A stretch of DNA of 64,000 bases from Dendrobates tinctorius (Eukaryota). Below, piece by piece: positions 48,045-62,560 of the stretch. Location of the stretch: NCBI RefSeq assembly GCF_039654945.1, contig NW_027361842.1:7936001-8000000 (forward strand), read 5' to 3'. The notes under the pieces are model-generated. The model made no database searches and was not told where the DNA came from. It was given only the letters and a program-made list of their open reading frames with translations. Positions within the stretch are counted from its first letter, which is position 1, and each line of letters starts with the position of its first letter. The translations under genes were made by a program, and so were the position numbers.

Positions 48045-49450
48045 CAGTGGCTTGCGGAAGCATTCACCATCCTTGGCAAGTCGCTTTTGATAAGTCTCTA
48101 TGAGCTTTCCACTTCTGAACACTGAGATTTTTGCCCATTCCTCAAGGCAAAACTGCTCCAGCTACTTCACGTTAGATGGCTTCCTTTGCTGAACAGCAAT
48201 TTTCATGTCTGACCACAGATTCTCCATTGGATTAAGGTCTTGGCTTTGAATAGGCCACTCCAAAACCTTTACATGTTTCTCCTTACGTCACTTGAGTGTG
48301 GCTTTAGTAGTATGCTTTGAGTCATTGTTTTGTTGGAAAGTGAACTTCCGTCCCAGTCTCAAATCACTGACAGACTGAAACAGGTTTTGCTCAAGACTAT
48401 CCCTGTATTTGGCACCACCCATCTTCCCCTCGACTCGGACCATTTTCCCTGTCTCTGCTGATGAATAACATCCCCAGAGCATGATGCCTCCACCACCATG
48501 TTTCACTGTGGGGATGATGTTCTTGGCGTGATGAACTGTGTTGGCCAAAGTTCAATTTTGGTCTCATCTAACCACAGCACCTTCCTCCATACATTTGGGG
48601 AGTCTCTCGCATCTTTTGGCAAACTCAAAACGAGTCATACAATTTTCATGTGTAAGTAAAGGCTTTTTCTGCCCACTCTTCCATAAAGGCCACCTCTAAA
48701 GAGTGTACGGCTTACTGTGGTCATATGGACTGATATTCCATTCTCTGCTTGGGAATTCTGCTGCATCTTCAGGGTTATCTTTGGTCTCTGTGCTGCCTCT
48801 CTGATTGTAATGCCCTGAGAGTTTTGGTGGGTGGCACTTTCTTGGCAGATTTGTTTTGGTACCATGTTCTTTCCATTTGATGATAATGGATTTGATGGTG
48901 CTCCAGGGCATCATCCGAGATCAGGAGATTTTTTTTTTATAGCCTAACCCTGACTTGTACTTCTCAACATTGTCTCTGACTTGGTTGGAGATCTCCATTG
49001 TCTTCATGGTGGTGTTTGGAGATCTCCTTGGTCTTCATGTTGTTATTTGGAGATCAACATGGTGGTGTTTGGAGACCTCCTTGGTCTTCATGGTGGTGTA
49101 TGGAGATCTCCATGATCTTCATGGTGGTATTTGGAGATCCTCTTGGTCTTCATGGTGGTGTTTGGAGATCTCCTTGGTCTTGATGGTGGTGTTTGGTTAG
49201 TCGTGACTCTTGTTAATGGTGTTGCAGTCTCTGTAGCCTTTTAGAAAAGTTAAAGTGTATATACTGTCAGATGTGTGATACTTAGTGACAGGACGTCCAC
49301 CTGTGTGAAATCTAAGCATGTGACTTATGAAGGGAATTGCTTGCACCGGAAATATTTAGGGGCTTCATAGGAAAAGGGGTGAAAACATATGACCATGCCA
49401 ATTTGTAGTTATTGGAACCCATAAATGTAATTTATGCCTGTATTTTTCTT
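48045..49450 (-). mobile_element. Degenerate Tc1-like element
   Basis: TA+CAGTGGCTTGC start; minus-strand peptides IPTVKHGGGGIMLWGC, TFQQNNDSKH and WSTIKSIIIKWKEHG. Right boundary approximate. Confidence 0.8.
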
Positions 49451-51479
49451 CACTAAGGCTAGGTTCACATTAGCGTACCGGGGCTCTGCGGACAGCTACA
49501 TACTTCCTCCCTGAAGCTCCGCCCACTTCCGCACTTTTTCCGTTTAGATCCACAGCAGGGTTTTTTTTTATACTTTCCTTTGTTGGAGTGGCTGATTTTG
49601 TAAGTTTGCCCACTGACAAAGCCATGAACAGTCTATAATTTTAAGAGTAGGTTAATTTTAACATTGAGAGGTAGAATATCAAAAATAAAATCCAGAAAAT
49701 CACATTGTATAAGCCTAGTCAGGTAGTCAGGCTTAAAAAGCTAGACTGTGTAATTTAGGGAGAGCGACATTTATATCCCCGTCTCCCATCAGGACGAGCT
49801 CACTAAACGTTTCTCAATGAACTCATTCTGCAGCCACCAATACTGCATCACAGACTACAGAAGGCAATTGGTGCAACATTTTTAATAAAACCCAACTCAA
49901 AAAATGATTTATATCCAAAAGCACATTCAATTAAGTAAGATATAAAGGATGGCGTCCATACCCTAAACTAGGGTGATAAATGCACTGAGACGTCGTTCGG
50001 TACAAGCTGGGTGCTGTAGGTTGGTGGAGAACATGGCCATTTCTGTTTATTTCCATCTCTTATTACGTTGCGTTAACCCCTGGCCTGCTGGAGAGTCACC
50101 TCCGCACCCGGCTGCAGCCTCTGCTTTATGGCCCGTCGGTCACATGATAGATGACATCTTTCCCTTACAGAAGAGAAGCATTTTTCCTGAAGCCGCTCAG
50201 ATCTCTTCTTGCTTAACTGCTTGCCCCTTATACCGCCAGAGGGTGGCCGCAGCGTCTGCTCTAAAGCCCCTTGTGTTAGTATAATGGCTCAGGGTGACTG
50301 AGGAGAGAGAGAATCTTAGGGATTCAACATGAAGGAAAGGGAAATGTGGTTTTTCTTTGCCGTTTACAGGAGAAAATAGTTTCATAGTTTGTCCATTCCT
50401 CCTGACAGCTGACACAATGGGATGTGTTAGGACCACCGCCACGCGGACCCCAGCTGCTGCTTGCCGCACATGTATTTGCTCTCTTAGCTCCGTTTTATCG
50501 GTGTTTAGGACTCATTGTAATAATGCTGGTAGATAATCGCATGGCTCCTAATTCCATAGCTGGGATTCCTAGAGAGAGTGATCAGGTACAACTTGGGAGT
50601 GAATTCTTTTTTTTTTTTTGGGCACCGCCTAGATGCCTCCATTAGGGACCAATTGTCCAAAACCCTAATTTGCATTATTATTTGTTTATCACCTATCCTG
50701 AAATTAAGTGATGACTTGTGGATTGCTGCGACCCTACCCCCTCTAAAAAAAATTATAAACGCCTTGTTTAAGTAGACCAATGGCCGCCACTGTTAGACAG
50801 ATTGTCCACTACTGGACAACCCCTGCTTCATCACTTCAGGGACCCATAGAGAGTATTAAAGTAATGTATACTCGTCAGTCACAGCGATGGCGTTGGGTCT
50901 CTTAACCCCTGCGGTCGCTGTTGATCAGAATTCCATCAGAGCAGATATCGTCTTTGACGAAATAGTAAGGACTGCAATTGCTTAGCAGATCAGTCAAAAT
51001 GGCAATGGCTGCAGCTGATCATTGACATCATTGACTGCAGTGGTCGAGAATATCTGCTCCGACATCAATGGAATGGCGTTACTGCAGGTGGCAAGTATAG
51101 ACCGTCCTTTAACATCTATGGGGCCCCCTAAAGCGATTACAGAAAGGTTGTTCAATAGGACAAAGGTTGTCAGCTCCTCGCCGCTGATTGACAGCGCTGT
51201 ACGGGGGGGGGGGAGAGAAGGAGGACCAATGTTAATAAATATAAATGACTCCCTTATTCACCCTGAGGTATTCTCTTTTTTGAGTCCTCCATATTCATGA
51301 GCTGAGCTTCTTGCCCTTGACACTGACAGTTTTCTTATTTTCCACAGCAGTAAGGGGGAGCAAGGGTGCAGGACTCCACGGGGCAAGCATATCCTGGGGA
51401 GGATTCCAATGGATGTGCCCATTGTGGAGTCCTTCATATTCATGACCTGCCGCACAGTACAGGGAAAAAACCTGAGTGA

Positions 51480-52200
51480 TATTACTGAGTATGGAAGGAA
51501 CTGAAGCAAGGCAACATTGTAAAGTTGCAGCGCGGCGATACCGAGTGCTGAGGAGCAGATGGCAGAAGAATCACTAACACGCTGCTGAGTCCAAACTTTC
51601 TCTGGTATTACCATCAGCACAAACACTGCGCCCCTGCCGGGAGCTTCATGGCCAAGCAGCTGCATGCAGCTGTACATCACCAAGCACAATGCTGAGCATC
51701 AGATTGCACCACCCACCACTGGTCTCAGGAGGAGACATGTTCTGTGTACTGTCAGATCACACTTTTCTGTCTGGCATCTGATGGAGGAGTCTGGGTTTGG
51801 TGACCATAAGGAACATGTGACCCCTTGACTGCATTGTGCCTGTGTGCAGTTTGGCGGAGGAGGATAATGCTATGGGCTTGTTTTTCAGGGATTGGCCCGA
51901 CCCTAAGTTCCACTGAATAGAAATCGTAATACTTCAGCAGAAGACATTGTGGACAATTGTAGCATCCAGCTTTGTGGGAACAAATTGGGAAGGTCCTTGT
52001 CTGTTCCCCATGATGGTGCCCAGTGCACAAGGTCCATACAGTTATGGAGGATGGAGTTTGGTGGAAGAACATGACCTGTCGCACAGAGCCTGGACTCCAT
52101 ACAACACCTTTGGGATGAACAATGATGACCTCTCCCAACATTAGTGTCTGACCTCACAAATGCTCACAAATTCCACCAGAAAGCTCCAGAATCTTGTAGC
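51480..52200 (+). mobile_element. Highly decayed Tc1-like remnant
   Basis: DNA resembling the (K)FGGGGIMLW.CFSG region at about 51850-51890; no intact frame. Confidence 0.5.
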
Positions 52201-52219
52201 AATCCTTCCTTCCGTCTAT

Positions 52220-52912
52220 GGATGTAGAATGGGAGGTCAGAAGAGCTCCCGTTTGTGTAGAATGGGAGGTCAGAAGAGCTCCCGTTTGTGTAGAATGGGA
52301 GGTCAGAAGAGCTCCCGTAGGTGTAGAATGGGAGGTCAGAAGAGCTCCCGTAGGTGTAGAATGGGAGGTCAGAAGAGATCCCTTAGATGTAGAAATGGGG
52401 GAGGTCAGAAGAGATCCTGTAGGTGTAGAATGGGGGAGGTCAGAAGAGATCCCGTAGGTGTAGAATGGGGGAGGTCAGAAGAGATCCCGTAGGTGTAGCA
52501 TGGGGGAGGTCAGAAGAGAATCCCGTAGGTGTAGAATGTGGGAGGTCAGAAGAGAATCCCGTAGGTGTAGCATGGGGGAGGTCAGAAGAGAATACCGTAG
52601 GTGTAGAATGGGGGAGGTCAGAAGAGATCCCGTAGGTGTAGAATGGGGGAGGTCAGAAGAGAATGCCGTAGGTGTAGAATGGGGGAGGTCAGAAGCGATC
52701 CCGTAAGTGTAGAATGGGGGAGGTCAGAAGAGATTCCGTAGGTGTAGAATGGGGGAGGTCAGAAGAGATCCCGTAGGTGTAGAATGGGGGAGGTCAGAAG
52801 AGATCCCGTAGGTGTAGAATGGGGGAGGTCAGAAGAGATCCCGTAGGTGTAGAATAGGGGAGGTCAGAAGAGATCCCGTAGGTGTAGAATGGGGGGAGGT
52901 CAGAAGAGATCC
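52220..52912. repeat. 35-37 bp G-rich minisatellite (GTGTAGAATGGGGGAGGTCAGAAGAGATCCCGTAG)
   Basis: About 19 tandem copies. Confidence 0.95.
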
Positions 52913-54387
52913 TGTGGTGCAGTGTAAAGGCGGCACAATGCTTTGTGTCTTTCGTGTATTGTGTCTTGCTCTTTCTACTTCTTCTAGGGCATGGTTATTT
53001 CTTGCCCCCTCTTGTTTTTCATTCTCTCCGTGAAAGCGGTAACATGTAAAGGAAGTCTATGGAGCTGATGATGACTAATCTCATGATCCAACTTCCTCCT
53101 TGGTTTCCTAACTCAACTAGTCACTTAGACTTTCAGCAGTAGACAAAACACAAAAAACTCGCGGCCTTAATTAAGGCCTACCTTGATGTGGCTTATCAAC
53201 TTTCATTTCAGCATGTAGTAAGAACACTCCTTCCAGATAATTAGCCCTTGTAAGTTGGCCGGGATGGAGTGACGAGCGAGCAGAACCCTAGCTTCTTGTA
53301 GATGGCCTGAACGACAATCCTCCCGATCAGCAGCAGATCTCCCTTGCTGCCATCTGTATGGGGACTAAACAGTCCTCATGATCGCTCATCCCCATACAGA
53401 TTCATCCCTTTTCCCCTGCTGGCACATGTTGGCCATGGGGGTGTAATGATAGGTGTGATCAATGATGAACATGCAATTACCTCTCACCTCACCACTCACC
53501 AAGAACAGATTTTTGTATGAAGCGTTGTTCGGCGATTGTTGCTTGTATAAAGCATTCCTAAAGGCCCCATACACTCTAGATTAACGCCGGCCAAACCTGC
53601 AGATATCGACCGGTTTGGCCGATGGCTCGTGTAGGGGTTCCTTCAACTCTATTCCGACAGATGATTTAGGAGGGAAAAGGGGATTGGGCATGTTCAGACT
53701 GCCGATCCTTTGTTCTCCAAGAAGTAGTCCGGGACCAGCTCTCTAGTTTTTATGAGGAGCAAGTGCTTCTGCCGGGTGAACCTCCCAGTCAGCCATCATT
53801 TGTCCCACTGCTTTACAGTTGGCCACCAGCTGCTGATTGGGATTTGCCAAGCTTTTTCTTGCTTAGAAAAGGGTGGCCATATACAGTATATCAAATGGCA
53901 GTCAGCCAAGCATTTGTTTGACCATCACTGTTCCAGTGATTCTGAAAGTTTTTTTCTTTCTATGCCCCTTTTTGTCACCAGCAGCATGATGTAGGGGCTG
54001 AGACCCTGATTCCAGCAATGTCACTTATTGGTCTGCATGCTGTCGTTTTGATACAATCGCTGATTTCTCTACTGCAGATCTAGCAAAGCTCAGGATGTTG
54101 AACTGTGTATAACCCTGCCCACACCACTGACTGGCTGCTTCTGTCAATGTACACAAAGCAGCCTGTCAGTGCTGGAGGCAGGGTTGGACAGGAGGCACGA
54201 GACAACAAGTCCTGTAGTGATAATCTCCTGCTGATAAAACACTGGTTTTATTGAAGCAGCAACATACAGTGTAGTAAGTGAAACATCGCTGGAATCAGGG
54301 TCTCTCCCCATACATCATACAGCTCTCAGATTACATAGCAAAAATCTGCTGATTCCCTTTAAAAATCAAGTGAAAATTATTATTTAA

Positions 54388-55515
54388 CCCCTTTCTGACA
54401 TCGGGCGTAAATTTAGGCCGATGTCGGACTCCCTCTGGTGTGGGCTCCGGCGGTGAGCCAGCATCTTTCCCGGCACATGTCAGCTGTTTTGAACATCTGA
54501 CATGTGCTTGAAACAACTGCGGGTGGAATCGCGATCCACCCGCAGCTAGTAACCCGTTAAATGCCACTGTCAAACACTGACAGCGGCATTTAACATGCGC
54601 TTAGAACAATCGTGCCGGAAATCCGCCCATCGGTGACCCCTGTCAAGTGTTCTCGGTTCACCGGTGGGTTGGCATGACAACAAAAGGTCTCCTGTAGACC
54701 TCTATGTTTGTCAGTGCTGGATTGCTATGAGCGCTGCCCGGTAGTCAGCGCTAATAGCAAGTCAGCAATTCCACTACATACAGGTGATCTGATCCTCACT
54801 TGTATGTAGCAGAGGCGATCGGGTTATGGCAGCTTTAAGTCTCCCATGGAAACTATTGAAGCATGCAAAAAGTTTGTAAAAATATTAAAAAAAATAAAAA
54901 ACTAAGTTCAGATCACCCCCCTTTCGCCCCATTCAAAATACAACAATAAAAAAAAAAATCAAACATACACATATTTGGTATCGCCATGTTTAGCATCGCC
55001 CCGATCTATCAATAAAAAAAAGCAATAACCCAATCGCTAAATGGCGTAGTGAGGAAAAAAAAGTAGAAACGCCAGAATTATGGTTTTTTTTGGCCACTGC
55101 GACATTGCATTAAAATGCGATAACGGGTGATACAAAGATCGTATCTGCACCAAAATGGTATCATTAACAACGTCAGCTCGGCGCCCAAAATTAAGTTTGG
55201 TGTCTATGAACTTGTAATGACCTGGAGAATCATAATGGCAGGTCAGATTTAGCATCTAGTCAAAAAAGCCAAGCAAAAAACAAGTGTGGGATTGCACTTT
55301 TTTATTTTTTGCTATTTCACCGCACTTGGATTTTTTTCCCGTTTTCCAGTACATGTCATGGTAAAACCAATAGTGTCGTTCAAAAGTACAACTCGCCTGC
55401 AAAAAATAAGCCATCACATGGCCATATTGACAGAAAAATAAAAAGTTATGGCTCTGGGAAGAAGGGGAGCAAAAAATGAAAATGCAAAACCAAAAATACT
55501 TCCGGGGTTAAGGGG
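54388..55515. mobile_element. Non-autonomous TTAA-targeting (piggyBac-like) element
   Basis: TTAA|CCCCTT ... AAGGGG|TTAA; interior resembles 55700-56500. Confidence 0.75.
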
Positions 55516-58500
55516 TTAAAATTGTTGGTCCTTTTGCCAAATTTGTCCTTTAATAAATTTTTGCTCATTGAGTTAAAGCGCCATTCCAGCATTTTATTAA
55601 TTTAAATGTAAATTTCCTGCTCCTTGTCTGATACTCTGCTGCGATCAGGTACAGGTTTCAGTTGTATGTGAGAGCTGACACCCTGCAGCAACCCCCGCCC
55701 TCGATTGGTGCCGCCACTGATCGTGGACGTTTAACCCATCTGACGCCGCTGTCACTAGTCAATAGCAAGTTGGCCACAGTGTCCTTCAGGGTCTTGCAGG
55801 AAACGTGGCTTGTGAGTGCCTAAGAGCAGGAGCTGAAACGCCTCCTCCCTGCATGTCAGACGCTGCTCCGATGTTTTGCAGTGCAGAAGCATTGCCGATA
55901 TCAGATCAGCGTTCTGTCTGTGTAAGGATGATGTCCCATAGTGGGACAATATAAAAAAGTAAACTAAAAGAATATTAAAAAGTGTAAAAATTAAAAAAAA
56001 AATCTCCAAATAAAGAACGAAAAAATATTTCCAATAAATACAGTTATTTATGCAAAAATAAACAAAGTACACATTTGGTATTGCGGCATCAGGAGCGACC
56101 AGCTCTACAAAACTCTCCCACTAGTTAACCCCTTCCATGAACACCATAAAAAAATATAAAAAAGATGCAAAAAACAATTCTTTATCATCATACCGCCGAA
56201 CAAAAAGTCAAATAAAACGCGATCAAAAAGACAACTGTAAATAAAAATGATACCTCTGAAAATGTCATCTTGTCCCCCAAAAAACAAGCTGCCATTCAGC
56301 TCCATCAGCAGAAAAATATAAAAGTTATAGATCTCAGAATAAAGTGATGCAAAAATAATTAATTTTTCTATAAAATAGTTTTTATTGTGTAAAAGAGCCA
56401 AAACATAAAAATAAAGATATAAAAGTGGTATTGCTGTAATCGTACTGACCCGAAGAATAAAGCTGCATTAACAATTTTACCACATGCGAAACAGTATAAA
56501 AATTAAAATGTTACCAATGAAAGAGTCAACACTTGCCGCAAGAAAACAAGCCATAACATGACTTTGTGGGCCAAAATATGGAAAAACTATAGCTGTCTAA
56601 ATTTGGGAATGCAAAAACTTTTTTTCTCCAATAGAAGCCTCTGACAGCAGCCGTTTAGATCCCGATATAAATCTGGTATTGCTGTAATTGCACCGACACG
56701 AAAAATAAAGTCGCTTAATCACTTATACCGCACGAGGAACGGCGTAAAAAATAACACCAATTCTTCACCTGCTGTTGATTTGTTCATTCTGCCTCCCAAA
56801 GATCGCACGCAGTAAGGCTTGTTTTATCACATTTATTCTGCATTCTACGCTGAACGCTTATACCGGGGTTTCCATGTAAATCTCTGAAATACTTGATTCA
56901 TATGGAACCCCCGGCGGAAGATTCCCTGTAACAAGGCAGATGGAGATGCTTTGGACGCTGTCTGATCTGTGATCACGTGGTGTCTGTCTTTTTAGGCGTG
57001 TATAAAAGTGCTGTCGGCCACAGTTTTGTGCACTTCTGAAAAGGACATCGCTGAGCAGAGGCCAGACGGAGTCCAAAGTAACTCTGCTGCCGCATTATAG
57101 TGAACAGATCCCACAGAGGTTTCATCTGTCACATGAAAACCCCGATGTGAGGGCTCAACGTAGAGTACCAGATAAATGTGATTCCAAATGTTATGTAAAA
57201 TGTTCCCAAGAAAAGTTTCAACTCAATCCACAAAAAAAAAACAAGTCCCCACTCGGGTCCGTCAACTCTTAACAGATATATTGGGGGCTTCCACGTTACT
57301 GGTAGCACAAAGACTCTGGAAAAGCGAAATGGCTCCTCACCCCTTAAAAGAAATTCAGCAAATTCTCCGCTACCAAATCCAAATGCCCCCCTCCCTTCTG
57401 AGCCCAACTGTGTACCTAAACCACATTTAGCGTCTACCTGTTTTTCATTTCTGTATCGATGAGAGCCCGCTTAATTTACAGGTGTGTGTCTCCAGAAGCA
57501 TGAGCTGGGCACTACAGTGTATTAGTCACTATAACGTACTGGTCACTACAACAGCAGATTTGCAATTTTCACTCGGCAACATCCACTGCTGCTTGTTTTT
57601 GGAACATACGCATGGAGTCAAAATAATCACTACACCTATAGGTAAATTCCCGAAGGGGTATCATTTCCAAAATGGGGTCACTTGAGGGGAGATTTTGCTT
57701 TTCTAGCGCTTAGGGGCTCTGTATATGGATTCCGCAAACTGTTCTAGGAAAATCTACGTTCCAGGAGGCAAATAGTGCTCTGATTCCCTTCAGAATCTTG
57801 CCATGTGATTAAGCAGTACTGTACAGCTACATATGGGGTATTGCAGCATTCAGCAGAAATTGTGGGACAAATTTTGGGGCCATTTTTATCCATTTCCTAG
57901 TATGAAAATGTAAAATTTGGGGCTATCACACAATCTTGGTGGTAAAAATGTAAATTATTTTTTTTTTTCACTGCCCAGTGGTATAAAATTCTGTGACACA
58001 CCTGTGGTGTTAATGTGATCACTGCATCCCTAGATGAATTCATTGAGAGGTTTAGTTTGTAAAATTGGGTCACTTATGAGGGGTTCTGCTATTCTGGCAC
58101 CTCAGTGGCTCTCTACTGTAATATGGGGCTACTCCCATTCTGAGCTTTGCCGTGCGCCCGAACAGTGGTTTCTCCCCCACATTTGGGGTGTCTGCATGCT
58201 CAGGAGAAGTTGCAAAACAAATGATATGGTGCAATTTCTCTTGTTACCCTTATAAAAAGTAAGGTTTGGAGCTAAAATACATTTTTGTGGGAAAAAATAT
58301 ATATTTTTTTATTTTCACCTCTCTACGCTATAAACTTATGTGAAGCACCTGGGGTTTTAAGATGCTCAATACACATCCAGATAAGTTCCCTGAAGGGGTC
58401 TCGTTTCCAAAATGGTGCCAGTTGTTGGGGGTTTCCACTGTTTAGGAACATCAGGGGCTCTCCAAATATGACATGGCATCCGCTAATGATTTCAGCAAAT

Positions 58501-59146
58501 TCTACACTCAAAAAGTCAAATGTCGCTCCTTCCCTTCCAAGCCCTGCTGTGCACCCAGTTGTTTTCTCCACATATTTGGTATCTGCGCACTCAAGAGACA
58601 TTGCAGAACAAACTGTATGATCCATTTTTCCTGTTATCCTTGTTAGAGTGAAAAAACTCCTGTGAAGCACCTGAAGGGTTAATAAGCTTCTTGAATGTTG
58701 TTTTGAACACCTTGAGGGGTTTTTAGAATTGTGTCACTTTTGAGTATTTTCTGTCATATAGACCCCTCAAAGTGACTTCAAATGTGATGAGGTCCCTAAA
58801 AAAAAATGGTTTTGTAAATTTAGCGGTAAAAATGAAAAATCGCTGGTCAACTTTTAACCCTTATCACTTCCTAACAAAAAAAAATTGTTTCCAAATTTGT
58901 GTTGATGTAAAGTAGACATGTGGGAAATGTTATTTATTAAGTATTTTGTGTGACATAACTCTGATTTAAGGACATAAAAATTAAAAGTTTGAAAATTGCA
59001 AAGTGTTCAAAAAATTTAAATTTTTTTTATACAAATAAAATTACCGGAAGTCATGTCAAAGAAATTTTACCACTACCATGAAGTACAATATGTCACGAAA
59101 AAATAATCTCAGAACCAGTGGGATTTTTTGAAGAGTTCCAGAGTTA

Positions 59147-61716
59147 GTTAGGTCCATATATATTTGGACAGAGACAACATTTTTCTAATTTTGGTTCTAG
59201 ACATTACCACAATGAATTTTAAACAAAACAATTCAGATGCAGTTGAAGTTCAGACTTTCAGCTTTCATTTGAGGGTATCCACATTAAAATTGGATGAAGG
59301 GTTTAGGAGTTTCAGCTCCTTAACATGTGCCACCCTGTTTTTAAAGGGACCAAAAGTAATTGGACAGATAAAATAATTATAAATAAAATGTTTATTTCTA
59401 GTACTTGGTTGAAAACCCTTTGTTGGCAATGACTGCCTGAAGTCTTGAACTCATGGACATCACCCAGACGCTGTGTTTCCTCCTTTTTGATGCTCTGCCA
59501 GGCCTTCACTGTGGTGGTTTTCAGTTGCTGTTTGTTTGTGGGCCTTTCTGTCTGAAGTTTAGTCTTTAACAAGTGAAATGCATGCTCAATTGGGTTGAGA
59601 TCAGGTGACTGACTTGGCCATTCAAGAATATTCCACTTCTTTGCTTTAATAAACTCCTGTGTTGCTTTGGCTTTATTTTTTGGGTCATTGGTCGTCGTTT
59701 CATACTACAGATGGACAATCAGTTTGGCTGCATTTGGTTGGATCTGAGCACACAGTATGGCTCTGAATACCTCAGAATTCATTCGGCTGCTTCTGTCCTG
59801 TGTCACATCATCAATAAACACTGGTGACCCAGTGCCACTGGCAGCCATGCATGCCCAAGCCATCACACTGCCGTGTTTTACAGATGATGTGGTATGCTTT
59901 GGATCATGAGCTGTACCACGCCTTCGCCATACTTTTCTCTTTCCATCATTCTGGTAGAGGTTGATCTTGGTTTCATCTGTCCAAAGAATGTTCTTCCAGA
60001 ACTGTGCTGGCTTTTTTAGATGTTTTGTAGCAAAGTCCAGTCTAGCTTTTTTATTCTTGATGCTTATGAGTGGCTTGCACCGTGCAGTGAACCCTCTGTA
60101 TTTACTTTCATGCAGTCTTCTCTTTAGGGTAGATTTGGATATTGATACGCCTACCTCCTGGAGAGTGTTGTTCACTTGGTTGGCTGTTGTGAAGGGGTTT
60201 CTCTTCACCATGGAGATTATTCTGTGATCATCCACCACTGTTGTCTTCCGTGGGCGCCCAGGTCTTTTTGCATTGATGAATTCACCAGTGCTTTCTTTCT
60301 TTCTCAGGATGTACCAAACTGTAGATTTTGCCACTCCTAATGTTTGTAGCAATTTCTCGGATTTTTTTTTCTGTTTTTGCAGCTTAAGGATGGCTTGTTT
60401 CACCTGCATGGAGAGCTCCTTTGACCGCTTGTTTCCTTCACAGCAAAACCTTCCAAATGCAAGCACCACACCTCAATTCAACTCCAGGCCTTTTATCTGC
60501 TTAATTGAGAATGAAATAACGAAAGGATTGCCCACACCTGTCCATGAAATACCCTTGGAGTCAATTGTCCAATTACTTTTGGTGCCTTTAAAAACAGGGT
60601 GGCACATGTTAAGGAGCTGAAACTCCTAAACCCTTCATCCAATTTTAATGTGGATACTCTCAAATGAAAGCTGAAAGTCTGAACTTCAACTGCATCTGAA
60701 TTGTTTTGTTTAAAATTCATTGTGATAATGTGACGTCCGTCTGCGAGTCTGGCCTGCAGTAAGACAACACCCCGAGCAACGATGATACCCTTTACCCCTA
60801 TACAGGGATCTGGATTTACAGCAGAGCCCAGGAGGTAGCTGTCTGAACAAGAACAGTGGACCAGAACAGGGCGGTCGCCAGAGAGGTGTTCCAATACAGG
60901 ACCAAAAACGTAGTGGGATCCGAGTCTAAATCAGTAGGGCAGCAACGGTACAAAAACAACAGACAGAAGCAGAGTCAGAAGTCCAGGCCAAGGTCAGAGT
61001 CATAAACCAGGAGGGCAGCAGAAGTACAAAATCATTAGGCAGAAGCAGAGTCAGAAATCCAGGCTGAGGTCAAAGTTAGTTGTAGTAATTCACACAGTAG
61101 CACGCAGGGGAACCAAGAATATATCCGGTGGCTTGCAAGACCAGTCCCAAGGTATTTGAGGGATCAGGTCATCCCTCACAGGTTCCTGGACTGGTGATGT
61201 CATTAGGACCGCCCCCAGGACCAGGCTAGATGGTGATGCAGTAACCCCCTGACGACTGACAGAGGGGCGGAACCTGCGCCCACCAGATGCCTGCGCAGGA
61301 GCCTCTTCTCTGCCACCACCATAACTCACGGGAGAACCACGGCGCCTCCCAGTGGCCGAGGCAGGAACAGCCGTCCCCGAGTCTGACTGTGAAGTGGCGG
61401 TCCGGCGCCTCCTAGTGGCTGCGACCAGAACAGCAGGCCTCGAATCTAACGGTGACGTGACTGACCGGCGCCTCCTAGTGGCTAAAGCCGGGACCATAGG
61501 CCCTGAGTCTGACGGCAACGTAATAGAACCACGGCGCCTCCCAGTGGCCGAGGCAGGAACAGCCGTCCCCGAGTCTGACGGCGAGGTGGCGGTCCGGTGC
61601 CTCCTAGTGGCTGCGACCGGAACAGCAGGCCCCAAGTCTGACAGCGACGTGACAGATAATGTCTAGAACCAAAATTAGAAAAATGTTTTCTCTGTCCAAA
61701 TATATATGGACCTAAC
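59147..61716 (-). mobile_element. Tc1-like element with long (about 220 bp) IR/DR-type TIRs
   Basis: 59147-59367 is inverted at 60565-60728 plus 61655-61716; TA on both sides. Transposase at 60469-59705 (GRPRKTT, ILWTDETKIN) with an internal deletion, and a C-terminal piece at 59572-59400. Confidence 0.92.
60729..61654. mobile_element. Solo LTR inserted in the Tc1 TIR
   Basis: TG...CA termini, perfect GATAA TSD (60724-60728, 61655-61659), internal GC-rich tandem repeats at 61325-61654. Confidence 0.85.
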
Positions 61717-62033
61717 TATGACCTCTTAAAGTGACAGTGGTCAGAATTGTAAAAGTTGGCCTGGTCAGGAAGTTCAGGGTGAAGGGGTTAACTTCAGTAA
61801 GTTTGGTGAATAAAATGGGGTCAGGGTGATAATTCTATACAGTCTGTGAATGCTGCAGCTGGGGCGGTATTGTATGTCGTCCTTACAATCACCAAGAGCT
61901 CGCTATTGAGTCCTGCAGGGTGTGGAACTAGATCCTGTAGTGTTTTTGTTTCAGAATATAAAAGAATAAAAAATAAAACAAGGCAAAGCCATCTTCTACC
62001 TCCCAGAACCTTTCTAATACACAGCAGTATATA

Positions 62034-62560
62034 CAGGTGCTTCTCACAAAATTAGAATGTTGTCAGAAAGTTAATTTATTTCAGTTCTTCAATACAAAAA
62101 GTGAAACTCATATAGAGTCATTACAAACAGAGTGATCTATTTCACGTGTTTATTTCTGTTAATGTTGATGATTATGGCTTACAGCCAATGAAAACCCAAA
62201 AGTCATTATCTGAGTGAATTAGAATAATTAACAAAAAACACCTGCAAAGTCTTCCTAAGCGTTTAAAAAGGTCCCTTAATTTGTTGCAGTAGTTCCACAA
62301 TCATGGGGAAGACTGCTGACTAGACAGATGTCCAGAAGGTAATCACTGACATACTCCACAAGGAGGGTAAGCCACAAAAAGTCATTGCTAAAGAAGCTGT
62401 CTGCTCACAGAGTGCTGTATCCAAGCATATTAATGGAAAGTTGAGTGGAAAGAAAAAGTGTGGTAGAAAAAAGGTGCACAAGTAATCAGGATAACCGCAG
62501 CCTTGAAAGGATTGTTAAGAAAAGGCCATTCAAAAATTTTTGGGATATTCACAAGCAGTG
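62034..62560 (+). mobile_element. 5' fragment of a Tc1-like element
   Basis: TA+CAGGTGCTTCTCACAAAATTAGAAT; transposase start ATGGGGAAGACTGCTGAC at 62303 with early stops. Confidence 0.8.

Larger units (their letters stand above)
55660..61787. mobile_element. Larger non-autonomous TTAA-type element (left end eroded) carrying the nested Tc1
   Basis: Right end GAAGGGG|TTAA at 61787; internal repeats shared with 45452-46723 and 54388-55515. Left boundary approximate. Confidence 0.6.

Noticed and set aside
52160-52912. Repetitive Arg/Gly ORFs and possible telomere-like array
   Set aside because: 36-bp minisatellite; no TTAGGG units.
61090-61666. 181-aa repetitive ORF
   Set aside because: Arises from GC-rich tandem repeats within a solo LTR; no recognisable domain.
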